This document shows, one piece after another, positions 55,739 through 64,000 of a stretch of 64,000 bases of DNA. The translations under genes and the position numbers were made by a program. How positions within the stretch are numbered: position 1 is the stretch's first letter; each line of letters opens with the position of its first letter. The notes below the pieces were generated by a model. It was not told where the DNA came from, did not search any database, and was given only the letters and a program-made list of their open reading frames with translations. The DNA comes from a bacterium (GTDB taxonomy: Bacteria > UBP14 > UBA6098 > JAFGQG01), in NCBI GenBank assembly GCA_016935765.1, contig JAFGQG010000057.1, positions 7,704-71,703 of the forward strand, in the 5' to 3' direction.

Positions 55739-56275
55739 TTACTCGGGTTTTTTATCAGAAAGTGCCTTAATTAATTCTCTACAATAAAATGGTATGTCCT
55801 TCACTACCCGTCCCCAGACAATATTGCCGTCTCTGAAAGCGGGTTCATCGAGCCAGATAGCGCCTGCATTTTCAAGGTCATCCTTAATTCCTCTCGAACC
55901 GGTGGCTTTCTTACCTTTGACTATTTTTGCCGAAATCCCAACCAATCCTGCGTGGCATATCATTCCTATTATTCCACCATTGTTGTAAACTGTCCTGACT
56001 AATTCTAAAATATTGCTATCTCTCCTTATCTTATCAGGAGCATGACCGCCCGGAATTAAAACAGCATCCACCTCTTTGGGTGTAATTTCCGATGCTTCAA
56101 ATTCGGTTTTAACTGTTAAACCTCCACTCTTACTCACATATTCTTTATTCTTTTCTGCTCCAACAATCTTCACCTCCGCCCCTTCCTCTATCATTCTCAT
56201 ATAAACTACCCAAAACTCCAGGTCTTCATACCCCGGCCCAACCAGCATAACAATTTTTCTATTCTCTTGAAGCAT
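55739..56275 (-). CDS. DJ-1/PfpI-family protein
   Basis: MICHAG nucleophile-elbow cysteine and LIPGGHAP. I took the start at MLQENRKIVMLVG (56275) to avoid overlapping the TauE gene. Confidence 0.8.
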   Translation of the reverse strand: MLQENRKIVMLVGPGYEDLEFWVVYMRMIEEGAEVKIVGAEKNKEYVSKSGGLTVKTEFEASEITPKEVDAVLIPGGHAPDKIRRDSNILELVRTVYNNGGIIGMICHAGLVGISAKIVKGKKATGSRGIKDDLENAGAIWLDEPAFRDGNIVWGRVVKDIPFYCRELIKALSDKKPE

Positions 56276-56306
56276 TTTTAGAACTCCTTTCAAAACAATT
56301 GGTTTT

Positions 56307-57047
56307 CTATTGCAATGATTTATAAATAACGGTAGAAGCAAGAGCCATAATAAGTATTGTTAGCCCAATTTCTAAAAGAATAGGTTTTGTTTTTAATGAA
56401 ACTTTACTCCCTATCCTTGCACCTATTATCGAACCTATTAAAACACAAAATGCGGGTAGCCAGACTATGTTGCCGCGATTCCAATATATAGGTATAGCTC
56501 CGAAAGCTGTAAAAATAGATACAGTTAATGAAGTAGCAATTGCTTTGTGCGTTTCAAGTCCAAAGCTATTAAAAAGGGCTGGGAATATTTGAGCTCCGCT
56601 ACCACCTCGTAAACCCGTTATAAAACTTACAAGAAACGAAGAGCTAAAGATGTTTCCCCTGGTTGGTTTAACTTTTTGAGAAAGCTTCGGGATAATCTTG
56701 TTTGAAAATATGCCAAAGGCTACCAGGAAACAAAGGAAAACAAAGATGATCGCGAGAATCTGGGTTGGTATGAAACCGACAGAATAAGCTCCTATTATTT
56801 CTCCTAAAACACCTCCAATGATTGCATAGACAACTATCTTCTTTGCAATATTTCTTCTTTGACTCAACGCACCTATAAACGATGAAAAAGGAATAACCAA
56901 AAAATTAATACCAAAAGCACTCAACAAAGGCAAACCGGCAAGATTGAGTAAAGGTATTCTCAATGTCCCTCCACCAATTCCAAACATACCACTCATGAAG
57001 CCCGAAATTAAGCCAATACCTATATAAACTCCAAATTTTAAAATCAT
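56307..57047 (-). CDS. TauE/SafE-family sulfite/anion exporter (DUF81)
   Basis: GFMSGMFGIGGGTLRIPLL motif and eight predicted TM helices. Confidence 0.8.
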   Translation of the reverse strand: MILKFGVYIGIGLISGFMSGMFGIGGGTLRIPLLNLAGLPLLSAFGINFLVIPFSSFIGALSQRRNIAKKIVVYAIIGGVLGEIIGAYSVGFIPTQILAIIFVFLCFLVAFGIFSNKIIPKLSQKVKPTRGNIFSSSFLVSFITGLRGGSGAQIFPALFNSFGLETHKAIATSLTVSIFTAFGAIPIYWNRGNIVWLPAFCVLIGSIIGARIGSKVSLKTKPILLEIGLTILIMALASTVIYKSLQ

Positions 57048-57310
57048 ACTACCCTAATTTTACCTTCATATTCAGGGAAATACCTGCTGATAACTTCCAA
57101 ATTAAACCTTGAAAGAATCGATTCTTTAGATTCTCTTTTTAATAAAAACTCGAAAGATTTCTTTATCAATTCTTTCTCCGTAATCGCACCCCCTGTTAAC
57201 CTTTGATAGTATTCGTCATCAAGCTCAACAGCGTGTTGTGACTCAGACTCGCCTGTTTTTAGAGTAACCAGAAACTCTCCCCGGTTTTTCTCTTTTACTT
57301 GAATCTTCAT
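57044..57310 (-). CDS. Small hypothetical protein
   Basis: 88-aa ORF that overlaps both neighbouring genes by 4 nt. Confidence 0.4.
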   Translation of the reverse strand: MKIQVKEKNRGEFLVTLKTGESESQHAVELDDEYYQRLTGGAITEKELIKKSFEFLLKRESKESILSRFNLEVISRYFPEYEGKIRVV

Positions 57311-57645
57311 AAAATCTCCTTGATTACTTCATTCAATACTTGTTGGATATCGCCCTTTTTAAAAAATAATTTCATCCCCCTTTTTTTCAGTCTTTCTACG
57401 CCCTTTTTACTTATAACTGCCGAAATAATAATTGTACAATCGTCAATGAGTTTATACACATCCAAAGTTTTTAAATGCTGCATCGTGTCTTCATAAGGAT
57501 TATTTCTTTTCTCAATTAACTTGAATTCCCCGCTATTTCCAACTTCATAGATATAAAACTCCCTTGCTCTTCCCAGCATCTTCGGGAAGATACTTTCACC
57601 GTCATTGGTCGGTACAGCGATTTTTATTTTATTGTCATTATGCAT
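57307..57645 (-). CDS. Dinitrogenase FeMo-cofactor-binding family protein (NifX/NafY/NifB-C-terminal-like, Nitro_FeMo-Co)
   Basis: KIAVPTNDGESIFPKMLGRAREFYIYEV matches the family core KIAv...dG..v..HFGra..f.iYe. Confidence 0.6.
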   Translation of the reverse strand: MHNDNKIKIAVPTNDGESIFPKMLGRAREFYIYEVGNSGEFKLIEKRNNPYEDTMQHLKTLDVYKLIDDCTIIISAVISKKGVERLKKRGMKLFFKKGDIQQVLNEVIKEIL

Positions 57646-58291
57646 TCTTAGTTGCTTTTAATAATCTTACATAATTTCTAAAGAAAAATGACTCCTCAAA
57701 ATTACTGAATTTACAATCTGCTAATATTCTTTTCCAGTCTCGTTTAATATAATCAAAAGCATAGGGGCATTCAATAAACTTGAATACAGCCTTTATGAAA
57801 AATGGGGTATTGTTATAATTAAACTCGTTGTAATCTAAAATAAAAATACTCCCGTTATCTTTAAGCGCTTCATAAATACCTTTCACAATGGAAATTCTAA
57901 TATTTTGTGGGAATCCATGGAGTACGAACGACATAAATACTTTATCAAACTTACCCTTAAAAGGAAGAGGCTGGTCTAATCTGCCAAAGATAACGTTAGC
58001 ATTTGAATAATCAGCACATTTTTTTTTGAATTGAGCAATCATCTCCTCAGAGATATCCACTCCTATTAGTTCCCCTTTATCTGACAGATATTTCATCATG
58101 AGACAAGCATTCCTGCCGGTTCCCGCTCCTAAATCAAGAATTCGGTCTTCCGGCTCAATTTGCATCATCACAATAGAGTTCCTGATAAACGGGGGATATT
58201 GACCGAATGTAGCTATATTAAGAGTTAAATCATAATGTCTTGCTGTAAATTCACTAACTTCTATCTTCGATTCAGGATAATAATTGCTCAT
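57638..58291 (-). CDS. Class I SAM-dependent methyltransferase
   Basis: RILDLGAGTGRNACLMMK motif I. Confidence 0.7.
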   Translation of the reverse strand: MSNYYPESKIEVSEFTARHYDLTLNIATFGQYPPFIRNSIVMMQIEPEDRILDLGAGTGRNACLMMKYLSDKGELIGVDISEEMIAQFKKKCADYSNANVIFGRLDQPLPFKGKFDKVFMSFVLHGFPQNIRISIVKGIYEALKDNGSIFILDYNEFNYNNTPFFIKAVFKFIECPYAFDYIKRDWKRILADCKFSNFEESFFFRNYVRLLKATKNA

Positions 58292-58597
58292 TTAAACTAT
58301 CCATTTCTCCTGAGCCAACCTTGCAAATTCATCTCGATCATTTTGGTCCATTTCTACAAATTTTACCTCAACCTTCACCGTAAATTTATTTAAAGCATCT
58401 TGAACGCTGGTCACAAGATAGTTTTTAATTATATCAGGAATCCCCATTATAGGCAACGACATGGTAATAATAACTTTTTCTTCTGCAACGGTTACATCCT
58501 TTATCATTCTAAGTTCAGCCAGAGTGGAATTAATTTCGGGGTGTTTTACCTGTAAAATCGCTTGCTGAATCTTTTCTTTGGAATAGCTATTAGCCAT
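58292..58597 (-). CDS. DUF59/MIP18-like (SufT-like) Fe-S assembly family protein, Cys-less variant
   Basis: VKHPEINSTLAELRMIKDVTVAEEKVIITMSLPIMGIP follows the V.DPE...L.ELGLI..V.....V.V.MTLT pattern. Confidence 0.5.
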   Translation of the reverse strand: MANSYSKEKIQQAILQVKHPEINSTLAELRMIKDVTVAEEKVIITMSLPIMGIPDIIKNYLVTSVQDALNKFTVKVEVKFVEMDQNDRDEFARLAQEKWIV

Positions 58598-58820
58598 TGT
58601 TTTCTCCTTTCGTAAAATTTAAAACATAACCCACATTATAGCTATCATCATGGATAAGCTCTTTATGGAATTGCTCTTTAAACCTGAATCCCACTCCCTC
58701 TATATCTCGTATAATGTCCAACATTGCACCCGAAGTCCATTACGATTTGCCCTTCTCTGATGCCAATTTCCTTAAGAAAAAGCATTCCATCCTTTCTAAC
58801 CCATCTTTGTAAATCTGACA

Positions 58821-59660
58821 TCATACTTTCTGGCGAGCCTCCTTACTCTTATGCAATACCAAAATTACAAAGATTAATCCCACTAGAATGAAAGGAATAC
58901 TGAGCATTTGACCCATATTTATTAACATATTTTCTTCGAATTCAACCTGGTTATCTTTAAAAAATTCAATTATGAATCTCGATAGAAAAATTAAAAATAT
59001 CGATAAACCGAAATAAAACCCGGAATGCACTTTATATCTGTATTTCTTATAGGTTATAATTAAAATAACAAAGACCGAGAAATAAGCCAGTGCCTCGTAC
59101 AATTGTGATGGGTGTCTTGGAATGTTATCTACTCTTTCAAATATGAAAGCCCATGGAACACTTGTTTGTTTACCGATTATCTCTGAATTCATAAGATTAC
59201 CCAACCTGACAAAACCAGCTTCTATTGGACCCACTATTGCTATAATATCAAGAGTTTTAAGAATGTTTTCTTGTGTTATTTTGCAATAGACCAGTAAAGC
59301 AATAAATAGACCTAATGCACCACCATGACTTGCTAACCCTCTATAACCAACAAATCTATATCCCCCACCTTGTTGTGTTTGAATAGGTAAGAACATTTCT
59401 AAAGGATGGCTGAGATAATATACTGGTTCATAGAAAAGACAATGCCCTAACCTTGAACCAATCAAAATACCGACTATTCCCAATACAACTAATTTCTCCA
59501 GTTTCTCCTGACGTATTTCTTCCTTTTTAAATAGAAAATTAAGAATGAAAAAACAAACGATAAACCCTGTCAGAAACAACAAACTGTAATATCTTATTGA
59601 TAAACCAAATAACCTAAAAGCCACAGGGTTTATATCCCAGCTGATATAATCATTAGTCAT
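58821..59660 (-). CDS. lgt: Prolipoprotein diacylglyceryl transferase
   Basis: HPSQLYEAL signature, GYRGLASHGGALG, polytopic membrane protein. Confidence 0.85.
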   Translation of the reverse strand: MTNDYISWDINPVAFRLFGLSIRYYSLLFLTGFIVCFFILNFLFKKEEIRQEKLEKLVVLGIVGILIGSRLGHCLFYEPVYYLSHPLEMFLPIQTQQGGGYRFVGYRGLASHGGALGLFIALLVYCKITQENILKTLDIIAIVGPIEAGFVRLGNLMNSEIIGKQTSVPWAFIFERVDNIPRHPSQLYEALAYFSVFVILIITYKKYRYKVHSGFYFGLSIFLIFLSRFIIEFFKDNQVEFEENMLINMGQMLSIPFILVGLIFVILVLHKSKEARQKV

Positions 59661-59743
59661 TATCGATTAACCTTATTTTCTCACTTGAGCAATTTGCATT
59701 GGAACTAAACTAAAGTTGGACCTCGCCAATTTGGTCATAAGCT

Positions 59744-60385
59744 TTATATTTCAATTACTCTACCAGCGCCGCCATCCGTAAATCTTTCAGTGTAGAGCTC
59801 CTTTATTTCTTCCTTGTGCTGAGTACAATGAGTAGCACATATTAAATCCAGGTTTTTAACCAACTCAAACTGATTAAAACCGTGTAAACCACCAATTAAT
59901 GCAATAGGATTACCAAAATCAGAGGCACCGACCAAAATATTACCCACGCCAGGGTGCGAACAACCAACAATCACAACCACACCCTTATCAGTTTTCACTG
60001 CCATGGATTGCTCGATACCCTGAAGCTCTCCGGTCGAAAAAACGTTCTCATAAACCTGGACAGAGTCCTTAACCCTTATTACTTCGAGCTTTTTATATCC
60101 AGTGGATATATAATATGGGACGTATAGTTTTACATTGCTGTTAAGTTTTAAAAAATCATCAAGTCCTCCTGTATGGTCCCAATGATTATGCGAAATAAAC
60201 ACGCAATCGATACTCCTGGGATCTATATTCAGCTTCTCCATATTATGCAATAATACACCGCCACTTGCTCCTGTATCAAAAAGTATCCTCGGAGTATTTT
60301 CGATTTCCACAAGGCAAGCAAAACCCCATTCGCTTCTTAATCCCTTTTTATAAACAGTATTGTCAGTTATTAATGTGATTCTCAT
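59744..60385 (-). CDS. MBL-fold metallo-hydrolase
   Basis: ISHNHWDHTGG (HxHxDH) motif. Confidence 0.75.
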   Translation of the reverse strand: MRITLITDNTVYKKGLRSEWGFACLVEIENTPRILFDTGASGGVLLHNMEKLNIDPRSIDCVFISHNHWDHTGGLDDFLKLNSNVKLYVPYYISTGYKKLEVIRVKDSVQVYENVFSTGELQGIEQSMAVKTDKGVVVIVGCSHPGVGNILVGASDFGNPIALIGGLHGFNQFELVKNLDLICATHCTQHKEEIKELYTERFTDGGAGRVIEI

Positions 60386-60389
60386 TTTG

Positions 60390-61352
60390 CTACCGCCTGT
60401 CTATAAAGTTATTAATCTGCACACCCCAATTTTTCCCAAGCATAGGGTGTACAAATCCGCCTCCACCTAAGGCAATGATTTTAAAATTGATTTCCTTTTG
60501 TAAATTGACAATTGTTTTGGATACATGATCATAAGATCCATCGGTCAATTGCATATTGGATATTTGACACTCTCTGGAACCATCTACACCCATCTGTAAA
60601 ATAAGAATTTCCGGTTTAAAATCCTGAATTAACTCCGTAACCTGGTTAAATTTTGCGATAAACTCAGTATCGGTGCAAAATTGAGGAAGCGGGAAATTCT
60701 TATTAAACCCGAGTCCTTCGCCTTCACCAATTTCGTTTTCGTATCCAGTTCTAAAAGGGTAAAGTGTAGTCGGGTCCTGATGAAATGAAATGGTGAAAAC
60801 CTCGGGATTATCATAAAAAGCTCGTTGAGTGCCGTCACCATGATGAGCATCGTAATCGATAATCATGATTCTGTTTAGCTTTTTTCTCTTCAGCAAGTAA
60901 TTAGCGACAATAGCCACATCGTTAAAAACGCAGAAGCCCCTGCCTCTATTTTCGAATGCATGATGCCAGCCACCGCAGATGTTTATACCGACATTATAAT
61001 CCTTATCAGTAACATAATTAGCTGCGGTAATAGAAGCACTTACACTCAACAATATTATATCGTAGATGCCCTTCACCGCAGGTACTTCATCTCCGTAAGT
61101 TCCTCGACCTGAATTACTAACTTCACGTACCTTATTTACATAATCAGGAGTATGAAAAAGGGTGATAAGATCATCCTTAACGCTTTCCGGTTTCTCAATT
61201 TTGAGTTTATCAAGAAGATTTATTTTTCTGAACTCGTCCATAGCTTTCTGGTACCGGTCCCCTCTCATGGGGTGCCCGGGACCAAAATCCAGTTTTTTAA
61301 AGTCATCGCTATAAACCAAAATAACATTGTTCATCATTCTTCCTATTTTCAA
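60390..61352 (-). CDS. Histone deacetylase / acetoin utilisation AcuC / acetylpolyamine amidohydrolase family protein
   Basis: IDYDAHHGDGTQ and GFCVFNDVA motifs. Confidence 0.85.
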   Translation of the reverse strand: MKIGRMMNNVILVYSDDFKKLDFGPGHPMRGDRYQKAMDEFRKINLLDKLKIEKPESVKDDLITLFHTPDYVNKVREVSNSGRGTYGDEVPAVKGIYDIILLSVSASITAANYVTDKDYNVGINICGGWHHAFENRGRGFCVFNDVAIVANYLLKRKKLNRIMIIDYDAHHGDGTQRAFYDNPEVFTISFHQDPTTLYPFRTGYENEIGEGEGLGFNKNFPLPQFCTDTEFIAKFNQVTELIQDFKPEILILQMGVDGSRECQISNMQLTDGSYDHVSKTIVNLQKEINFKIIALGGGGFVHPMLGKNWGVQINNFIDRR

Positions 61353-61369
61353 TAATAGTTATCATTCTT

Positions 61370-61777
61370 TTATATTTCAGGTATATCTTTTGTTCTATCT
61401 CCCGCTTTGCGTTGTTCAATAAGTTCGTAGATTTCATCAAATTTTTTCAATGCTCTTATTATTATATCGGAAATCTCATCCACATCAGTGACCAGTGGCT
61501 GAAATGCAGTTTGGGCTGATATATTTATGAAGTTGGGGCTGATTTTTCTGCCCATGATAACATCTGCATCATCAAATATCTCCAAACATGCCTCCATTTT
61601 CTTTTGCATTCCATGTTTCCCTTCCTCATCCGGGGAGGTGTTTTCTCTCCTTCCTACAAAATATGATTCTCCATTCTCATGAAGATCATATATATAGAAA
61701 TATTCTGCCATACCCATATGAGTTGGTACAATGTTTTCCCCATCATTTGAGCCAATTGCGATCCTTATTTTTTTCAT
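61370..61777 (-). CDS. Dinitrogenase FeMo-cofactor-binding family protein (NifX/NafY-like), second copy
   Basis: IRIAIGSNDGENIVPTHMGMAEYFYIYDL. Confidence 0.6.
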   Translation of the reverse strand: MKKIRIAIGSNDGENIVPTHMGMAEYFYIYDLHENGESYFVGRRENTSPDEEGKHGMQKKMEACLEIFDDADVIMGRKISPNFINISAQTAFQPLVTDVDEISDIIIRALKKFDEIYELIEQRKAGDRTKDIPEI

Positions 61778-61783
61778 TTTTAG

Positions 61784-62413
61784 TTATTTTATTTCCTGTA
61801 ATCTTGCGAGTACCCATGCCAGGTTCTCATTGGCTTTGTCTATTTCTTCCGCTGCCTGTATTGCCTTACTGTATATTGGGTCAGTACCAATGTTTGCGGT
61901 TTCCTCAACCCACTTTTTAAATTTCGTGCTATGCTGTTTGTTACGTTCAATCCAGGAGGCTAAAAGCACTTCAAGCCGTCCCTTTTCGTCTGTCGGGAAA
62001 CGCTTGAGAATGTTTTCAACCATTTCACGGATGACAGCCTCCGGAACAGCGCCGAGTATTTCGTCAACCTCCTCTCCATTAGCAAAATATTTTTGCATTG
62101 GTATGCTCATAATCTGGTATTTTGCTGCTGTCCGCTGGTTCTCATCCACGTTTATCATACAAAACTTAAAACTTCCATAATACTCCTCAGCTAATTTTTC
62201 ATATATGGGTATCACCATCCGGCACGGACCACACCATGGCGCCCAAAAATCCACCTCTGTGGGCAGTTCTGAGTTCAGAACCTCTTCCTCAAAATTCTGG
62301 TCTGTAATCTCTATTATTTTGCTCATTTTTACTCCTTCTAACTTATTGTGGTTTATTAGATTATGTATTACTTTCTTTAATTTCACTATCATTTTGACAA
62401 ATATTGTACTCAT
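61784..62413 (-). CDS. Thioredoxin-domain protein with N- and C-terminal extensions
   Basis: WAPWCGPCRMVIP active site within a 209-aa protein. Its stop overlaps the trxB start. Confidence 0.8.
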   Translation of the reverse strand: MSTIFVKMIVKLKKVIHNLINHNKLEGVKMSKIIEITDQNFEEEVLNSELPTEVDFWAPWCGPCRMVIPIYEKLAEEYYGSFKFCMINVDENQRTAAKYQIMSIPMQKYFANGEEVDEILGAVPEAVIREMVENILKRFPTDEKGRLEVLLASWIERNKQHSTKFKKWVEETANIGTDPIYSKAIQAAEEIDKANENLAWVLARLQEIK

Positions 62414-63420
62414 TAATCCAACGACCCAAATTTGTTTTTTAATCCTTTTATATATTTTTCAGCATTTATAACTGCTGTAACAGCATTCCCGCAGGCAGTG
62501 GAAACCTGGCGTATCTGGTCTGCTCGTATATCACCTGTAGCAAATATACCTGTTACAGATGTTTCCATTTTCTCGTTTGTAATAATATAGCCTTCCTCAT
62601 CCAACTTAAGCACACCCTTTAAAAAACCGGAATTAGGTAAAAAACCTGCATATATGAACACACCCGAAACTTGTAATTCCTTATCTTTCTCAGTATCACG
62701 GTCCATTATAATAATGGAATCAACCATATTGTTACCTTTTATTGACGTAACCGCATGGTTCAGGAAAAAACTTACATTCTCATTAGTTCTAATTCTATCC
62801 TGCAAGATTTTTTCAGCAGTCATATATGGTAAAAACTCTATAAAAGTAAGTCTGCGTACGAATTTTAAAAGAGCTTCTCCTTCCTGTATGCCAGAATTAC
62901 CACATCCCACAACAGCGACTTCTTTATCCCTGAATAAAGGACCATCACAGGTTGCGCAGTAAGAAACGCCTTTACCTCTAAATTCATTCTCACCAGTGAC
63001 GTTCAGCGTTTTAGGTACACTTCCTGTCGCAATTATAACGCTAAATGCCATGTACTCTTGTTTATTAGTTTTAATTTTTATTCCCTTTTCCGCCTGTATT
63101 ATATTTTTCACCTCCTCGAATTCATGGATTTCCGTTCCGAATCTTTGTGCTTGTTTTTTCATATCGTTCATCAATCCCATCCCGTTTATACCATCAGGGA
63201 AACCGGGATAATTTTCAATTAAATCAGTAGTTGCTGGCAAACCTCCTGTTAGTTGTTTCTCAATTAATAATGTCTTGAGCCTCCCCCTTGAAGCATAAAT
63301 CCCACTGGTAAGCCCTGCCGGACCACCTCCTATGATAATTATATCGTAATTCATTTCCTCTACCTTGTTTGTTTTCTTTAAATATTCAAAATGCTCCCGA
63401 TCGTTTATCTCTTCTATCAT
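62413..63420 (-). CDS. trxB: Thioredoxin-disulfide reductase
   Basis: IIIGGGPAGLTSGIYASRG FAD motif, CATCDG redox-active disulfide and an NADPH GxGxxG/A motif. Confidence 0.9.
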   Translation of the reverse strand: MIEEINDREHFEYLKKTNKVEEMNYDIIIIGGGPAGLTSGIYASRGRLKTLLIEKQLTGGLPATTDLIENYPGFPDGINGMGLMNDMKKQAQRFGTEIHEFEEVKNIIQAEKGIKIKTNKQEYMAFSVIIATGSVPKTLNVTGENEFRGKGVSYCATCDGPLFRDKEVAVVGCGNSGIQEGEALLKFVRRLTFIEFLPYMTAEKILQDRIRTNENVSFFLNHAVTSIKGNNMVDSIIIMDRDTEKDKELQVSGVFIYAGFLPNSGFLKGVLKLDEEGYIITNEKMETSVTGIFATGDIRADQIRQVSTACGNAVTAVINAEKYIKGLKNKFGSLD

Positions 63421-63476
63421 TTAAACCTTCCTAATTACTATAATAGGGAAAAAGTGGTTTACATTTTTAATCCTTA

Positions 63477-64000
63477 TTAGTGTGGGATCAGGTCGGTTTT
63501 TTTATCTATTCTCATAACAAAAGCGCTAAGCAGTTTGGACACATTTTCTAAATCTTTGAGGCTGACAATCTCCACTGGAGAATGCATGTATCTATTTGGA
63601 ATACTGACCAATCCAGTCGCTACTCCTGACTTTGTAAGCTGTATGACATTTGCATCCGTACCTGTTCCTCTCGATATCCCTTCGATTTGGTAAGGTATTT
63701 TCTCTTTTTTTGCTACTTCTACCAATAAATCAAATATTTTGGGATTTATATTTGGTCCTCTTGCTATCACAGGACCCTTACCTATCTTTATATCCCCAAC
63801 TTTATTTTTATTTATAGAAGGATAATCTGTAGAGAATGTAAGATCTACTGCAATACCAATATCTGGAGAGACTCCATAAGCTGATGTCTTAGCACCCCTG
63901 AGTCCGATTTCTTCCTGAACAGTTGCAACTCCATAGACGGAAGCTTTAGGATTACTTTTTGAAAGAATTCTGAGGGTTTCACTTATTACAAATGCACCAC
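63477..64000 (-). CDS. M42-family (FrvX/CelM-like) aminopeptidase, C-terminal part; the N-terminus lies beyond the window end
   Basis: GTGTDANVIQLTKSGVATGLVSIPNRYMHSPVEIVSLKDLEN is the M42 C-terminal metal-binding region. The minus-strand frame is open to position 64000. Confidence 0.7.
   Translation of the reverse strand, partial: GAFVISETLRILSKSNPKASVYGVATVQEEIGLRGAKTSAYGVSPDIGIAVDLTFSTDYPSINKNKVGDIKIGKGPVIARGPNINPKIFDLLVEVAKKEKIPYQIEGISRGTGTDANVIQLTKSGVATGLVSIPNRYMHSPVEIVSLKDLENVSKLLSAFVMRIDKKTDLIPH

Overview
This 64-kb window looks like a contig from an uncultivated bacterium of the FCB superphylum. I infer that from at least five proteins ending in T9SS type-A (Por_Secre_tail-like) C-terminal sorting domains, together with ordinary Shine-Dalgarno sites (AGGAG) upstream of genes, which argues against Bacteroidetes proper. 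No tRNA, rRNA, CRISPR array, transposase or integrase was recognised. Positions 1.8-37 kb form an accessory, surface-protein-rich island. It holds T9SS cargo genes (FG-GAP propeller protein, CocE/NonD peptidase, two unknowns and a BNR protein) and two large secreted proteins sharing an unusual GWNM C-terminal module. One of those is a 1469-aa modular protein with internal duplications and a cohesin-like domain. The island also carries a PDZ protein with a GNDxY solenoid-repeat tail, a MocR-like regulator / radical SAM / aminotransferase operon, a Zn-ribbon gene and a DASS transporter. Its largest gene is a 2858-aa protein built from eight tandem ~1-kb beta-helix cassettes, with a collapsed remnant copy just upstream. 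Two toxin-antitoxin-like pairs (MNT/HEPN and DUF4160/DUF2442) sit in the island, and two genes there carry single in-frame TAA stops. Positions 37-64 kb are mostly metabolic and housekeeping genes on the minus strand. They include a CPBP protease, ComB, a CoA-transferase, an Ald-like dehydrogenase, CobO, a Cys/Met PLP enzyme, methylmalonyl-CoA epimerase and the mutase catalytic subunit. A BrnT/BrnA pair follows, then CGGC/ferredoxin, an FAD oxidase, a Zn-ADH, Nnr, methyltransferases, an LRR protein, DJ-1, TauE, two NifX-like proteins, DUF59, Lgt, MBL, HDAC, Trx, TrxB and an M42 peptidase. All assignments come from reading the translated ORFs and the raw sequence; no database search was run.
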